This document shows, one piece after another, positions 1 through 10,154 of a stretch of DNA of 64,000 nt. The translations under genes and the position numbers were made by a program. The notes beneath the pieces were generated by a model. It was not told the origin of the DNA. It made no database searches and was given only the letters and a program-made list of their open reading frames with translations. The stretch's first letter is position 1. Every line of letters begins with the position of its first letter. The DNA comes from an uncultured Nitrososphaeraceae archaeon (lineage in GTDB: Archaea > Thermoproteota > Nitrososphaeria > Nitrososphaerales > Nitrososphaeraceae): assembly GCA_963779615.1 (NCBI GenBank), contig CAVZZA010000001.1, forward strand, positions 576,001-640,000, in the 5' to 3' direction.

Positions 1-88
1 TGGTCAAAGGAAACAGTTAAAAAATAAAGGTTTCACACATTTAACTTAAGAAGGTTTTTAAATGCGATGATCAAAAATTTTTATATTA

Positions 89-493
89 ATGTCTCAGGAA
101 GAAATTACCCAATATAAGTGGGGGGTTGCCCATATTTTTAGTAGTTATAATAATACTCTAGTTCATATTACTGATACAAGTGGTGCCGAAACCATTTCCA
201 TTAGCTCTGGTGGACGACATGTAACAGCAGACCGTTATGAGTCCTCTCCTTATGCAGCTATGAAATCTGCTGTCTCCGCTGCAGACGCTGCTAAAAGCAA
301 AGGCATTAATGCACTCCATATTAGAGTTAGAGCAGTTGGTGGAGTCGGCCCCAGAATCCCTGGACCTGGTGCTCAAGCTGCAATAAGAGCTTTAGCGAGA
401 GCAGGATTCCGTATAGGGAGGATAGACGATGTTACACCTGTTCCTCATGATACGACAAGAAAACCTGGTGGCCGTAGAGGGAGAAGAGTGTAA
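89..493 (+). CDS. rps11: 30S ribosomal protein S11
   Basis: [27 protein letters not shown] and DVTPVPHD...GGRRGRRV are typical uS11 motifs. Confidence 0.98.
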   Translation: MSQEEITQYKWGVAHIFSSYNNTLVHITDTSGAETISISSGGRHVTADRYESSPYAAMKSAVSAADAAKSKGINALHIRVRAVGGVGPRIPGPGAQAAIRALARAGFRIGRIDDVTPVPHDTTRKPGGRRGRRV

Positions 494-545
494 TTACATT
501 ATTTTCTGTCATATCTGTCTATTTTTGCCTTAAGTTAACTTATAT

Positions 546-619
546 TGGGACCGGCCGGATTTGAACCGACGACCTCCAGCGCCCAAGGCTGGCATCCTAC
601 CATGCTAGACAACGATCCC
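546..619 (-). tRNA. tRNA-Pro(UGG), intronless, CCA not encoded
   Basis: Reverse complement folds as a cloverleaf: GGGATCG acceptor, anticodon arm CCAGC-CTTGGGC-GCTGG, T-loop GGTTCAAATCC. Confidence 0.96.
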
Positions 620-633
620 TCTTGTATTCTGAG

Positions 634-675
634 ATTTTAATCTTATTTTAATCTTATTTTAATCTTATTTTAATC
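634..675. repeat. 11-bp tandem repeat ATTTTAATCTT x3.8 in the tRNA-Pro/map divergent promoter region
   Basis: Units read directly at 634, 645, 656, 667. Confidence 0.9.
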
Positions 676-740
676 GATATGGCGAGTAAAGTGTGTCGCA
701 TTATTATTATATTATCTTAGGTTGTAATTATTTTTAGTTT

Positions 741-1634
741 ATGATATTGGAAAATTATACACTTGCAGGTCATATTGCTTCTACAGTTAGAGAGAATGCC
801 CGCAAGAAAAATCATATCGGTAGAACTCTGTTTGAAATATGCGAGTCCATAGAAAATGAGATCGCTTTACTTGGTGGAAACCCCGCATTTCCTGTAAATG
901 TTAGTTTAAACGAGATAGCAGCACATTACACAGCTGAACCTCAAGATCAAATTGAAGTTAAAGATACTGATGTTCTCAAAATAGATTTAGGTGTCCATAT
1001 AGATGGATATATTGCCGATACGGCAGTCACTGTTTCCTACAGTTCAAAATATGATCAGTTAGTAGATGTTGCTGAATTATCTTTATCTGAAGCAATTAAA
1101 ATTGCAAAAATTAATGCAAAATCAAATGAGATAGGAAAAATAATTGAAAATACTATAATACATCATGGCCTAAAGCCTATTCAAAACTTAAGCGGTCATT
1201 CACTAGATAGATATACTATACATGCGGGTAAATCTGTTCCAAACATTAAAACATTGGGATCTTCTTTTTCCTTGGTTAATAACCAAGCATATGCAATTGA
1301 ACCTTTTGTTACCACTAAAGATGGACTAGGAATTGTTTATGAGGGAAAAACTAAAAACATATTCTCTCTGGTTTCTAGAAAGCCTTCTAAGGATAAAGAT
1401 TCAGATGCTTTTATAGACTATTTATGGAACCGATATAAAACATTGCCTTTTGCTATACGATGGTTGATTAAAGATTATGATGAAACTGAAATACGTGATA
1501 TGGTTGAATATTTGATAAGAAAGAAAAACATTAGAGCCTATCCAATTCTCGTTGAAGGTAACAATAAAATTGTGTCTCAAGCAGAACATACTTTTTTCAT
1601 TGCAGAGGATTTAAGTTATATCATCACCAAATAA
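741..1634 (+). CDS. map: Type II methionine aminopeptidase
   Basis: AFPVNVSLNEIAAHYT, KIDLGVHIDGYIADTA, NLSGH, AIEPF, SQAEHT metal-binding motifs. Confidence 0.96.
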   Translation: MILENYTLAGHIASTVRENARKKNHIGRTLFEICESIENEIALLGGNPAFPVNVSLNEIAAHYTAEPQDQIEVKDTDVLKIDLGVHIDGYIADTAVTVSYSSKYDQLVDVAELSLSEAIKIAKINAKSNEIGKIIENTIIHHGLKPIQNLSGHSLDRYTIHAGKSVPNIKTLGSSFSLVNNQAYAIEPFVTTKDGLGIVYEGKTKNIFSLVSRKPSKDKDSDAFIDYLWNRYKTLPFAIRWLIKDYDETEIRDMVEYLIRKKNIRAYPILVEGNNKIVSQAEHTFFIAEDLSYIITK

Positions 1635-2043
1635 ATAGACAAAAATTAAATTTAATTGTTGCAAATAATGCGCAACTTTATATCCATATTATTAAGTAAA
1701 AAGTATTTTCCATTAATATTCTTCATTATGAAAACACTGTGTGTGTATGTTTGTTGAAAGCATTGTAAATCTATTTCCTGATTTCATTCAACAAAGGAAC
1801 GTTATAAATAACAAATTTTGACGGAAAAAGATAGCATAAGAAGAAAGAAAGTCAAGTTATTTATGCATAAATTGACAGTTGTAACTGTTTGATGAGGCAA
1901 TACGCTGCATGATTGTGTACTAAATAACTTGATTATGGGTAGTTCAGTATCAGCTAAAAATTATAATGTAAAAAATGTAATTAATTGGTCATTGAATCTT
2001 GTGCACAACGCCTCAAAGGGAAACCAGATTAGCGCCAAATAAG

Positions 2044-2292
2044 TTATTTTTTTTTGAAATTGAAATAACAGGAGTGACATCGATCCTTTCCATAGATCAC
2101 ACCAGTATTTCCACATTCAGAGCATTTTTTTTCGTTATCAACTGTTGAATCCAAGGATTTTATTTTTTGAATACACGTGCCACAAAGAGGGGCATCAAGA
2201 TTATGGCTAGAGATGAAAGCATCACCGCATTGGGTACACCTAAAACTATAAATTTTACCCTTGGGTTTCCACTTTCTAAATGGATTTATCAT
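2044..2292 (-). CDS. Small protein with four CxxC motifs (putative double Zn ribbon)
   Basis: CTQC, CGTC, CSEC, CHSC in 82 aa. Confidence 0.65.
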   Translation of the reverse strand: MINPFRKWKPKGKIYSFRCTQCGDAFISSHNLDAPLCGTCIQKIKSLDSTVDNEKKCSECGNTGVIYGKDRCHSCYFNFKKK

Positions 2293-2379
2293 AAAAACGA
2301 ATTAGATTTATACCAACACACATTTTAATTTAATGACATTGTAAAAGAAAGGATAATGATTATAAAATAATTAACGCCG

Positions 2380-2646
2380 TTAGACCTGATGTTTCCATTT
2401 TCCAACCCTGATTAAAAATACACCTAATGATATTAATATTAATGAGATGAATAGGAATAAGGGATTTATTAACTGCCTAAGATACTGTGGTGCGGTAGAA
2501 ACAAAAACGCAAGATTTTTCACATAGTTTTACTACAGGGAAAATTAATAGAATCGATCCGAACAAAATTAACATAACTACCCCTAAAGTGGAAACAATCG
2601 CCCCACTTTTTATAATATAGTCAAGTTTTTTTGATTGAAAATCCAT
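2380..2646 (-). CDS. Small 2-TM membrane protein
   Basis: Two hydrophobic stretches flanking a CxxxC loop. Confidence 0.6.
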   Translation of the reverse strand: MDFQSKKLDYIIKSGAIVSTLGVVMLILFGSILLIFPVVKLCEKSCVFVSTAPQYLRQLINPLFLFISLILISLGVFLIRVGKWKHQV

Positions 2647-2680
2647 TAGAATAACAACAAATATTTTAATGCCGTTAATA

Positions 2681-3280
2681 TCAAAGTTTTGTCAAGTCAA
2701 TAGTAACATAGCGATACTCGCTGCTTTTTGATACCAATTTAAACTGTCGATTATAATATAAAAAGGGCACAGAGCCATCAAGATGAAGGCTCCATAGATT
2801 ATGAATGCCATCAAAATATATTTTTCTTTTTTTACCACTCCGACGAAGAAATTCATGTGATATGACATGGGAAATTTGAGCACAATTGTTATCTGCAAAA
2901 TATTTTTCGTTCCCTCCGGAGAAAGAGTGCGGAGGTTTAGGTCGATGCCATGTTACCATTCCAATATTTTCTGCGTGGTATCCGTCTAAAGGACGACAAT
3001 CTGTCCATATGGGTTTAAAATATGGGAGATAAAAATGAAAAACAGAGTTGCCCCGTTCCGAATGGTCTTTCAAAAGGTAGGCAATTGAGGGTCTGTCAAA
3101 AATCTTTCCAGGTATTATAGGTAATATATCCGACTCTATTGTAACATCGATATTAAACTCATGTTCTATCCACCATTTGAAAAACCTGGTCATGGATGAA
3201 ACATATGCCCAATCTTCATCATAGAGCTTTTTCCAATCCTCATTTTTTGCCACATAAATAAAAAAAAGCCTGTTTAGCAA
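2681..3280 (-). CDS. Conserved hypothetical protein
   Basis: 199-aa ORF with normal composition; SHVISHE resembles a partial zincin helix. Confidence 0.7.
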   Translation of the reverse strand: MLNRLFFIYVAKNEDWKKLYDEDWAYVSSMTRFFKWWIEHEFNIDVTIESDILPIIPGKIFDRPSIAYLLKDHSERGNSVFHFYLPYFKPIWTDCRPLDGYHAENIGMVTWHRPKPPHSFSGGNEKYFADNNCAQISHVISHEFLRRSGKKRKIYFDGIHNLWSLHLDGSVPFLYYNRQFKLVSKSSEYRYVTIDLTKL

Positions 3281-3392
3281 TGATTTACATCACCAATACC
3301 TACATAAAGTTTTTAGGATTTATTGAAATTCAATTCTTTGTTGAGGTAAGAAAACATTCAAAAAGTTCATAATTGGAAGCGATATAGTAAAA

Positions 3393-3806
3393 TTGATGTC
3401 ATTTAGAAAATTAGGTGCCGTTATACTTTTAGTCTCGGATATGGACAAATCAGTCCAGTTTTACAAGGAAATATTAAATATTCCGATAAAGAAAAGATCA
3501 GACCAATGGACAGAATTTTTCAATAGAGAAACGGTATTAGCTTTGCATCCGGCAAAACATAAAGGACACCTCAAAGCAGGCCAACATATTTTGATTGGGT
3601 TTACTGCTGGTGATTTCGATCGAACTATGAAGAATTTGCAAGAAAAAAATGTAACATTCTTCAAAAAGCCTCGGGAGGAAGGATTTGGGAAACATGCAAT
3701 CATAGAAGACCCAGATGGTCATTTGGTATCAATTGTCAAATTAAAAGAAGAAAACCAGCAAGAAGACGACGGATTCGACCTTTTAGGGATGATTGGAGCG
3801 GAATAA
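3393..3806 (+). CDS. VOC/glyoxalase family protein
   Basis: VILLVSDMDKSVQFY ... IEDPDGHLV motifs. Confidence 0.9.
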   Translation: MMSFRKLGAVILLVSDMDKSVQFYKEILNIPIKKRSDQWTEFFNRETVLALHPAKHKGHLKAGQHILIGFTAGDFDRTMKNLQEKNVTFFKKPREEGFGKHAIIEDPDGHLVSIVKLKEENQQEDDGFDLLGMIGAE

Positions 3807-4032
3807 ACACAATTAATTTAAATTTTTAATATTTGTTTTCAACCAGTGTATAAAATACATAGGGAAAACATCAGCAGCTGTTAATCTGTAGTTCAGATGT
3901 TTTCCACATATGCATTTAAAAAAATGTTTGTTTAGAAGGCTCCTGCGTAGTTACCACCTCAAATTTCTGAAAGTTGTTAATACAACAAATAAACTGCTGA
4001 CTTAAATGCTATTTCCCAGAAAAATAATCGGA

Positions 4033-4163
4033 TGGGGCCGAAGGGATTTGTTCCAATATGTTTGTCAGACATATTATTTGAACCCCTGATCCACGGGTTT
4101 CTTCTATAATTGCCCATTATATGATCTGGAGCCCGTTGCGATTCCAGGCTTCGCTACGACCCC
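4033..4163 (-). tRNA. tRNA-Trp(CCA) with two introns: canonical 37/38 (4099-4125, 27 nt) and T-loop 58/59 (4048-4077, 30 nt)
   Basis: Removing both inserts gives a 74-nt cloverleaf: GGGGTCG/CGGCCCC, GCGA/TCGC, ACGGG-CTCCAGA-CCCGT, AGGGG-TTCAAAT-CCCTT; the T-loop intron has a perfect BHB. Confidence 0.92.
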
Positions 4164-4277
4164 ACCTTCAATATTGTTTTTATGGATGTAAGTATAAATT
4201 TTTCTAATTCTCCGGCAACTCCTTTTAAAGTTTTACACGATCATTGAATCTCCAAAAATATATGGTTTAAATAGAAA

Positions 4278-6134
4278 ATGACCTATATGTTAATAGTATT
4301 GGTAAATTCTGTTGATTCTGATGTTCTTTTTTCATCCAAAAAAAAACATTTGAATTCTGATGAAAATTGGGGATTGGTTGAAGAGTCTGAATATTTTGCT
4401 AACAAAGTAAAACTTTATCGCCAAGATAAATTAAATGCTGATGAATTTAGGCGCTTTAGGCTCCAAAATGGTGCTTATGGTTCTAGACTAAATAGTGAAT
4501 TTAGCATGATACGGATAAAGGTTCCCGGGGGTGACATTAGCCCAGAACAAATGGAAAAAATTGCTAACTTGGCCGAATCGTTTTCCATAGGTTCCGCCCA
4601 CGTATCCACCAGACAAAATATTCAATTACACTGGGTACAGTTGGAGGACGTAAGTGAAGTAGTTAGAGGCCTGGCTGAAGGCGGTCTAACCTCAAGAGAA
4701 GCCTGTGGCAATACTATCAGGAATGTTATGTGTAGCCATTTTGCGGGGGTGTGTTCCAATGAACCTTTTGATGTAACCATACATGCAAAAGCTATTGCAA
4801 AATTCTTTTTGAGAAATCCACTGTGCCAGAATTTGCCCCGAAAATTCAAATTTAATTTTGCCTGCTGTTCTGAACATGGCTTTGTAAGAATTGCAGATGT
4901 AGGGCTGGTTCCAACTATTCGTGATGGGGTCCGGGGCTTTAGAATATACCTTGGAGGTGGATTAGGAGCTGCATCGTTTATAGCTCATCTTCTGGAAGAG
5001 TTCACGCCCGAATCGAGACTTTTATCTACTTGTGTATCTACAATTAGGCTTTATGATAGGCTGGGCAACCGTGAGAACCTCGCAAGAAATAGGATGCGTT
5101 ATTTAGTTAATGAAATGGGATGGGAAAAATTTCAGTCCTTGTTATTAAAGGAGCGTGTTATAGTGGAAGCAACAACATCAATTCCCACAAAAAATAGCTT
5201 TGATAATGTTTTAAATATTGGTAACAATGATATTGCCATTTCACCCATATCCAGCAAAAAAACATTGCCATTGATAAATTCTGGTAATGCGCAAACACCG
5301 TATAACAGGTGGTTAAACACTAATGTGGTTGCTCAGAAACAATCCGGATACTATGGTGTATACACAACATTAGGTGCTGGTGACATTACTTCAAGCCAAC
5401 TTCGCGTTTTAGCTGAATGTACCCGGGAGTTTTCATTAGAGCAAAAAGCCAGAACTACTCCCCAGCAAAACTTTTTTATCAGGTATGTCAAATCGGCCTC
5501 GATACCCAAAATTTTTACTAAATTGTCTAGTGCCGGGCTTGGTAACCCCGGTGCTAATACTATTGCTTCTGCAGTGGGCTGCTCTGGAACAACATCTTGC
5601 AATCTTGCTATAACTAATTCTCACAGACTTGCTAAAGAAATCCAAAGTAAGTTCCTGGAATTGAATTTTGACATGGATCACGATTTTAATACTTCTGCAA
5701 TCAAAATTAGTGGATGTCCTAATTCTTGTGGACAGCATGAAGTAGCAACCATTGGATTTTATGGGGGAGCTTCAAGAATCGGAAACTCAATGGCTCCCAT
5801 ATACACAATGCTTTTTGCTGGCAGTACTGGAGAAACTGGAGAATTGGGAAAAACCGTTATGCGTGTTCCAGCAAAACGAGTTATTGACGTAGTTCTTAAA
5901 ATAATTGAATGTTATAAAGAAGGAAAAAATGGCAATGAAAAATTGCATGATTGGATATATAACATATCAGTAGGACATGGTAATGGACAACTAAAGACTT
6001 TGGAGGACATAAAAAAGATACTTGTTCCTGTTGCCAAATTGCCTTCACTTGACGAAAACCCTGATTCGTATAAAGACTACGGCGCGGACTCTAGCTTTAT
6101 CGCAAAAACTGCAAGGGGAGAATGTGCTGCTTGA
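4278..6134 (+). CDS. Siroheme nitrite/sulfite reductase, probably assimilatory ferredoxin-sulfite reductase
   Basis: STRQNIQLH, CGNTIRNV, LPRKFK, CSGTTSC and SGCPNSCGQH siroheme/4Fe-4S motifs; lies next to a rhodanese. Confidence 0.92.
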   Translation: MTYMLIVLVNSVDSDVLFSSKKKHLNSDENWGLVEESEYFANKVKLYRQDKLNADEFRRFRLQNGAYGSRLNSEFSMIRIKVPGGDISPEQMEKIANLAESFSIGSAHVSTRQNIQLHWVQLEDVSEVVRGLAEGGLTSREACGNTIRNVMCSHFAGVCSNEPFDVTIHAKAIAKFFLRNPLCQNLPRKFKFNFACCSEHGFVRIADVGLVPTIRDGVRGFRIYLGGGLGAASFIAHLLEEFTPESRLLSTCVSTIRLYDRLGNRENLARNRMRYLVNEMGWEKFQSLLLKERVIVEATTSIPTKNSFDNVLNIGNNDIAISPISSKKTLPLINSGNAQTPYNRWLNTNVVAQKQSGYYGVYTTLGAGDITSSQLRVLAECTREFSLEQKARTTPQQNFFIRYVKSASIPKIFTKLSSAGLGNPGANTIASAVGCSGTTSCNLAITNSHRLAKEIQSKFLELNFDMDHDFNTSAIKISGCPNSCGQHEVATIGFYGGASRIGNSMAPIYTMLFAGSTGETGELGKTVMRVPAKRVIDVVLKIIECYKEGKNGNEKLHDWIYNISVGHGNGQLKTLEDIKKILVPVAKLPSLDENPDSYKDYGADSSFIAKTARGECAA

Positions 6135-6220
6135 ATGATTTAACTAGGCAAAAAAATAAAAATAGCATTCAATCAGGTCGTAATCTGAAAAAAAAAGTTA
6201 TCCTTAAAAAAGAAAATTCA

Positions 6221-7024
6221 ATGTCAACATCTACATTGAATTTAGTGTGCGATGTTGATACCCTGAGAACTTTAATAAAAAGGAAAAATAAAGTTAGAAT
6301 TGTAGATGTTAGAAAGAAGGCGGATTACCTAAAAGGCCATATACCCACTTCTGTTTCTTTACCATTGGCTGATTTATTGTCTAATGATTCTCCAGAATCC
6401 GTAATTGGTATTTTGAATAACTTGGGGATAGCTGACAATACCCCTGTGGTTGTATATGATGACACTTTTGGGGCATTGGCGTCAAGAGTTGCATGGTCTT
6501 TTAAATTTGTTGGACATGAAAATGCCTCCCTTTTAGAAGTCACTTATAGTGGCTGGAAAAACTTGGGTTTAGAAATAGAAAAAAAACCTAATAAATATCC
6601 TAAATCTTCTCATTCTGTTGATATCGATTATTCTATTTACGCAGATGCTGAATATGTGGAAAACGCTCACAACGATAAGGACAAAGTCATAATTGACTCT
6701 CGTGAAAGATTAAACTTTCTAACTGAACACATTCCAAATTCAAAAAACATTCCATACACTATGATACGCTCAGAAGATTTTATATTAAGAAAGCCTTCTG
6801 AACTTAAACGATTTATGGAAAATAGGGGTATCGACTTTAGTAGTGAAATAATAACTTATTGTGGAAGTGTTGGAACTTTGTCTGGTTTGGTTTTTTTTGC
6901 TTTAAAGTCTGTTGGGGTTCCAAATGTAAAACTGTATACAAAATCCTTTAAAGAATGGAAATCCTTGGGGAAACCCAAAACCGAGTTTAAAGATGCAACA
7001 TATTGGGACCTTTCGGCAGAATGA
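6221..7024 (+). CDS. Double-domain rhodanese/sulfurtransferase
   Basis: IVDVR..YLKGHIP, VVVYDD and ITYCGSVG active-site loop; start moved to ATG 6221. Confidence 0.9.
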   Translation: MSTSTLNLVCDVDTLRTLIKRKNKVRIVDVRKKADYLKGHIPTSVSLPLADLLSNDSPESVIGILNNLGIADNTPVVVYDDTFGALASRVAWSFKFVGHENASLLEVTYSGWKNLGLEIEKKPNKYPKSSHSVDIDYSIYADAEYVENAHNDKDKVIIDSRERLNFLTEHIPNSKNIPYTMIRSEDFILRKPSELKRFMENRGIDFSSEIITYCGSVGTLSGLVFFALKSVGVPNVKLYTKSFKEWKSLGKPKTEFKDATYWDLSAE

Positions 7025-7079
7025 CATGGCCTGCCCTCATTAACTTTAACTTTTTTCTTTTATTCTTGATGATTGCAGC

Positions 7080-7484
7080 CTAGTTTTCAAACCACTTGAT
7101 TATTTCCTCTATGCCTTGATTCTTTATTGTTATTTTTATTGGCCCCAATGGGGATTCATCTTCTTCTTCAACTATTGCAACGACACCAGAAAAAGCTGCC
7201 TGCTTGTTTACTAAAAACCAGGTCATGTTAATACTTTGATTGATATATAAAAACTTCTTTAGAACCGCTAATGTAGATCTTGATCTTATTTGTTCTTTTA
7301 TTTTTTTTAGTATTTCCAATTTTTCAGTAGAAAAATACAGTTTGTTGTCTTTTAAAATAAAACTAAAGCCAGGAAAAATGTTTTTTATCGCAGTGGTCAC
7401 CTTTTCTAATTCTTCAGACGGATTAACGTAAGTCTGTACCGTTATTTCCAAGTCATTCTTATGAACTGTGTTTTCGGTTTTCAT
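7080..7484 (-). CDS. UPF0201/DUF54-like archaeal RNA-binding-fold protein
   Basis: VNPSEELEKV..AIKNIFP, NKQAA and ESPLGPI motifs; usual neighbour of the next kinase. Confidence 0.8.
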   Translation of the reverse strand: MKTENTVHKNDLEITVQTYVNPSEELEKVTTAIKNIFPGFSFILKDNKLYFSTEKLEILKKIKEQIRSRSTLAVLKKFLYINQSINMTWFLVNKQAAFSGVVAIVEEEDESPLGPIKITIKNQGIEEIIKWFEN

Positions 7485-7492
7485 ACCTGTGT

Positions 7493-8065
7493 TTATCTGG
7501 TTATGATATTTTTTGATTCAAAATTTCTAAATTCTGAAATCCATTTTAAGGTGATTTTCTCAACATTATTTCTTAATTCTTCAATTGTGAGCGCATTATT
7601 CGATATTGTTTCGTCAGCTAGTGCTATAGCTTCACTTATGCCTACGTCCATTTCTCTCTTATCTCTTTGTAAAAATCTCTCGTAGTTAGAGGGAGAATCA
7701 AACCTATCCCTTAGTATTATATGATCAAACCTTGTATTTGATGATGCGTGTATGGCTAATAGCCTTACAAAATCTGAATCTTTTAGAATTTTAAATTCTC
7801 CATAGCTTCTAATTCCGTCCACCACAACAAAATTCTCATCATCTTTTAGTTTTTTTATTTTCTGTGAAATTAATTTTGCAATTATTTCATTACCGTGTTC
7901 CCGCCTTAATTCCTTCATTAGCTCACCCAAGTTTTTGTCATTTAACTCTAATTTTTTTTCAAGGGCTTTTTCCCTTATGACGTCGCCCATGATAATGACG
8001 TGAAAGTTTTTTTCCTTGAGCAAATTGGCAACGGTTGATTTTCCTGCTCCAGGCATTCCTGTCAA
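7493..8065 (-). CDS. UPF0200 P-loop kinase (dephospho-CoA kinase-like)
   Basis: TGMPGAGKS Walker A, MGDVIRE, VVDGIRS, RDKRE. Confidence 0.85.
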   Translation of the reverse strand: MTGMPGAGKSTVANLLKEKNFHVIIMGDVIREKALEKKLELNDKNLGELMKELRREHGNEIIAKLISQKIKKLKDDENFVVVDGIRSYGEFKILKDSDFVRLLAIHASSNTRFDHIILRDRFDSPSNYERFLQRDKREMDVGISEAIALADETISNNALTIEELRNNVEKITLKWISEFRNFESKNIITR

Positions 8066-8179
8066 ACATATGATGAGTCGCTTAAATTTTGATTACCTCT
8101 ACTTCACCAAGTAGGTAACTTTATTTATTTATTTTTTATGACTTTTTGATATATAAAACTGAGGATATGTTCAAATAAC

Positions 8180-8764
8180 ATGCGTCTGTTTGTTGCAATA
8201 GATATAGATAATGATGATATTGAAAAGCTTCAAAATTACCTTTGTGAAAAATTCTGTTTTAACTCCCGGTATGTCAAACCAACAAAAAAAGGTAACTTGC
8301 ATATAACTGTAAACTTTTTAGGCGAGAAAAACGACCTTGAAACAAAAGACATAATTCTAGATTTGACAAAAATCCATTTTACCTCTTTTAAAATAGTATT
8401 TAACCATATGGGTGTCTTTCCAAATATGCTTTCTCCTAAAATCATTTGGCTCGGTTTGGATGATCAAAGCAATGAAAAATTAAGTGATATTTATTTTCAA
8501 ATAGGTTGTGTGTTAAAAAAATATGTTGATAAGAAAAACAGTGGTGAAATCAGGGATTCTGGTATCCAAAAATTTGTGCCGCATCTCACCGTTTTTCGAA
8601 TTCGTAACAATTACCGTATTCCGGATCTCCTTTCTTCTTTCCCTATCAGATTTATTTCAGAATACCAGGTAAATAAAATTAGTTTAAAAAAAAGTACTAT
8701 CACTTCAAATGGGCCTATGTATTCCGATTTACTTAATATTTATGCCGATAAAAAAGATGCCTGA
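8180..8764 (+). CDS. thpR: RNA 2',3'-cyclic phosphodiesterase (2H family)
   Basis: MRLFVAI start and two HxT motifs (LHITV, PHLTV). Confidence 0.92.
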   Translation: MRLFVAIDIDNDDIEKLQNYLCEKFCFNSRYVKPTKKGNLHITVNFLGEKNDLETKDIILDLTKIHFTSFKIVFNHMGVFPNMLSPKIIWLGLDDQSNEKLSDIYFQIGCVLKKYVDKKNSGEIRDSGIQKFVPHLTVFRIRNNYRIPDLLSSFPIRFISEYQVNKISLKKSTITSNGPMYSDLLNIYADKKDA

Positions 8765-10154
8765 TGACGTAAACAAATTGATAGCTAGCATTCTGGATGG
8801 GTGTGAGCCTAGTGAAATAGAAAAAAATCGATTGAGTAAAATAGCGTTTAAAATTAAAGACCAGATTTCAGCCTTTATTCTAAATAATGAAAAATATTCT
8901 TTTGTAAAAGAGGTAGTATTTGGTGGCTCTTTTGCAAAGGGTACATGGCTTAAGAATGAAACTGATGTCGATATTTTTATGAAGTTTAGTACCCAAACAG
9001 ATCTTGAAGATTTTGAAAATTATGGAAAAGAGATAGGATTGCAATCGTTAAAAGATTTTTCTCCTTATCTTAGATATGCTGATCATCCATATGTTGAAGC
9101 GTATGTCGAAAACGTTAAAATCAATGTTGTCCCCTGCTATGATGTTCATTATGGTAGATGGAGAAGCGCGGCAGACCGCTCCCCATTTCACACAATTTAT
9201 GTTAATAATAGCCTAGACGACCATAAAAAAAATCAGGTTAGGTTGCTAAAAAAATTTTTTAGATCCCTGAATATTTATGGTGCAGAAATATCTAAGAGGG
9301 GATTTAGCGGTTATGTCAGCGAAGTCTTGATTATAAAATTCGGTTCGTTTTTATCCACCTTGGACTATTTTTCCAATTTTGCTGAAGATAAAAAAATTAT
9401 CGGCGTAGACAATGTTTTGTTTAATGATGAGGCACTTAAAAAGTTCAATAGCTTTTTAATACTGTTGGATCCTGTTGACAATAACAGAAATTTAGGCACT
9501 GCTATTTCTGCTTTATCGGTTGGAACGTTTATACAAGGCTCCAGAATGTTTTTGAAAAACCCTACAAATAGTTTTTTTGGAGACATTAAAAAGATTGGTT
9601 ATATTGACTCTAGTTTGATTGGGTTGCTGTCGTCTGATATCTTGGTAATTGAATTTAATTTTGGTTTTAGAGCGCCAGATATAATTTGGGGTCAATTACA
9701 AAAAAGCGTCAATTCACTATCCAAATTCATCGGGTCTTCTGGATATAAAATCATAAAAAATAGCTATTTTACTGATGAGAAAGAACATTGTGTGTTGGCA
9801 TTTTTAATGGAGTCTGTTACCATCCCCAAATACTACAAACGAATAGGGCCTGATATCTTTAGAGATGATGACATTGAAAAATTCATCGAATCTAATACAA
9901 CCTCCAAACTAAAATGGCTTGCCTCGGATAATAGGATAAATTGTGTTATTTCTCGAGATTTCACAGACATAAGGGATTTCTTGAAATTTGTTTTTGAAAA
10001 TAAACGCAATTTAGTTGGCATTCCTAAAGGATTAAGATCAGATTTTTTCTCTACTGTGAAGATATTTACCATCGATCAACAAGAAAATATTAGTGAGCAT
10101 GTAAAGAATACTTTACTTGAATTATTACACACCGATACTAGATTATTCCAATAA
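8757..10154 (+). CDS. cca: Archaeal class I CCA-adding enzyme
   Basis: GGSFAKGTWL..DVDIF, YADHPYV, SAADRSPFH, GFSGY, DPVDNNRN; start taken at ATG 8757. Confidence 0.96.
   Translation: MPDDVNKLIASILDGCEPSEIEKNRLSKIAFKIKDQISAFILNNEKYSFVKEVVFGGSFAKGTWLKNETDVDIFMKFSTQTDLEDFENYGKEIGLQSLKDFSPYLRYADHPYVEAYVENVKINVVPCYDVHYGRWRSAADRSPFHTIYVNNSLDDHKKNQVRLLKKFFRSLNIYGAEISKRGFSGYVSEVLIIKFGSFLSTLDYFSNFAEDKKIIGVDNVLFNDEALKKFNSFLILLDPVDNNRNLGTAISALSVGTFIQGSRMFLKNPTNSFFGDIKKIGYIDSSLIGLLSSDILVIEFNFGFRAPDIIWGQLQKSVNSLSKFIGSSGYKIIKNSYFTDEKEHCVLAFLMESVTIPKYYKRIGPDIFRDDDIEKFIESNTTSKLKWLASDNRINCVISRDFTDIRDFLKFVFENKRNLVGIPKGLRSDFFSTVKIFTIDQQENISEHVKNTLLELLHTDTRLFQ

Noticed and set aside
1860-2040. Possible ncRNA (TTGATGA C-box-like; GAGGC/GCCTC pairing)
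   Set aside because: No properly spaced D box or convincing fold seen
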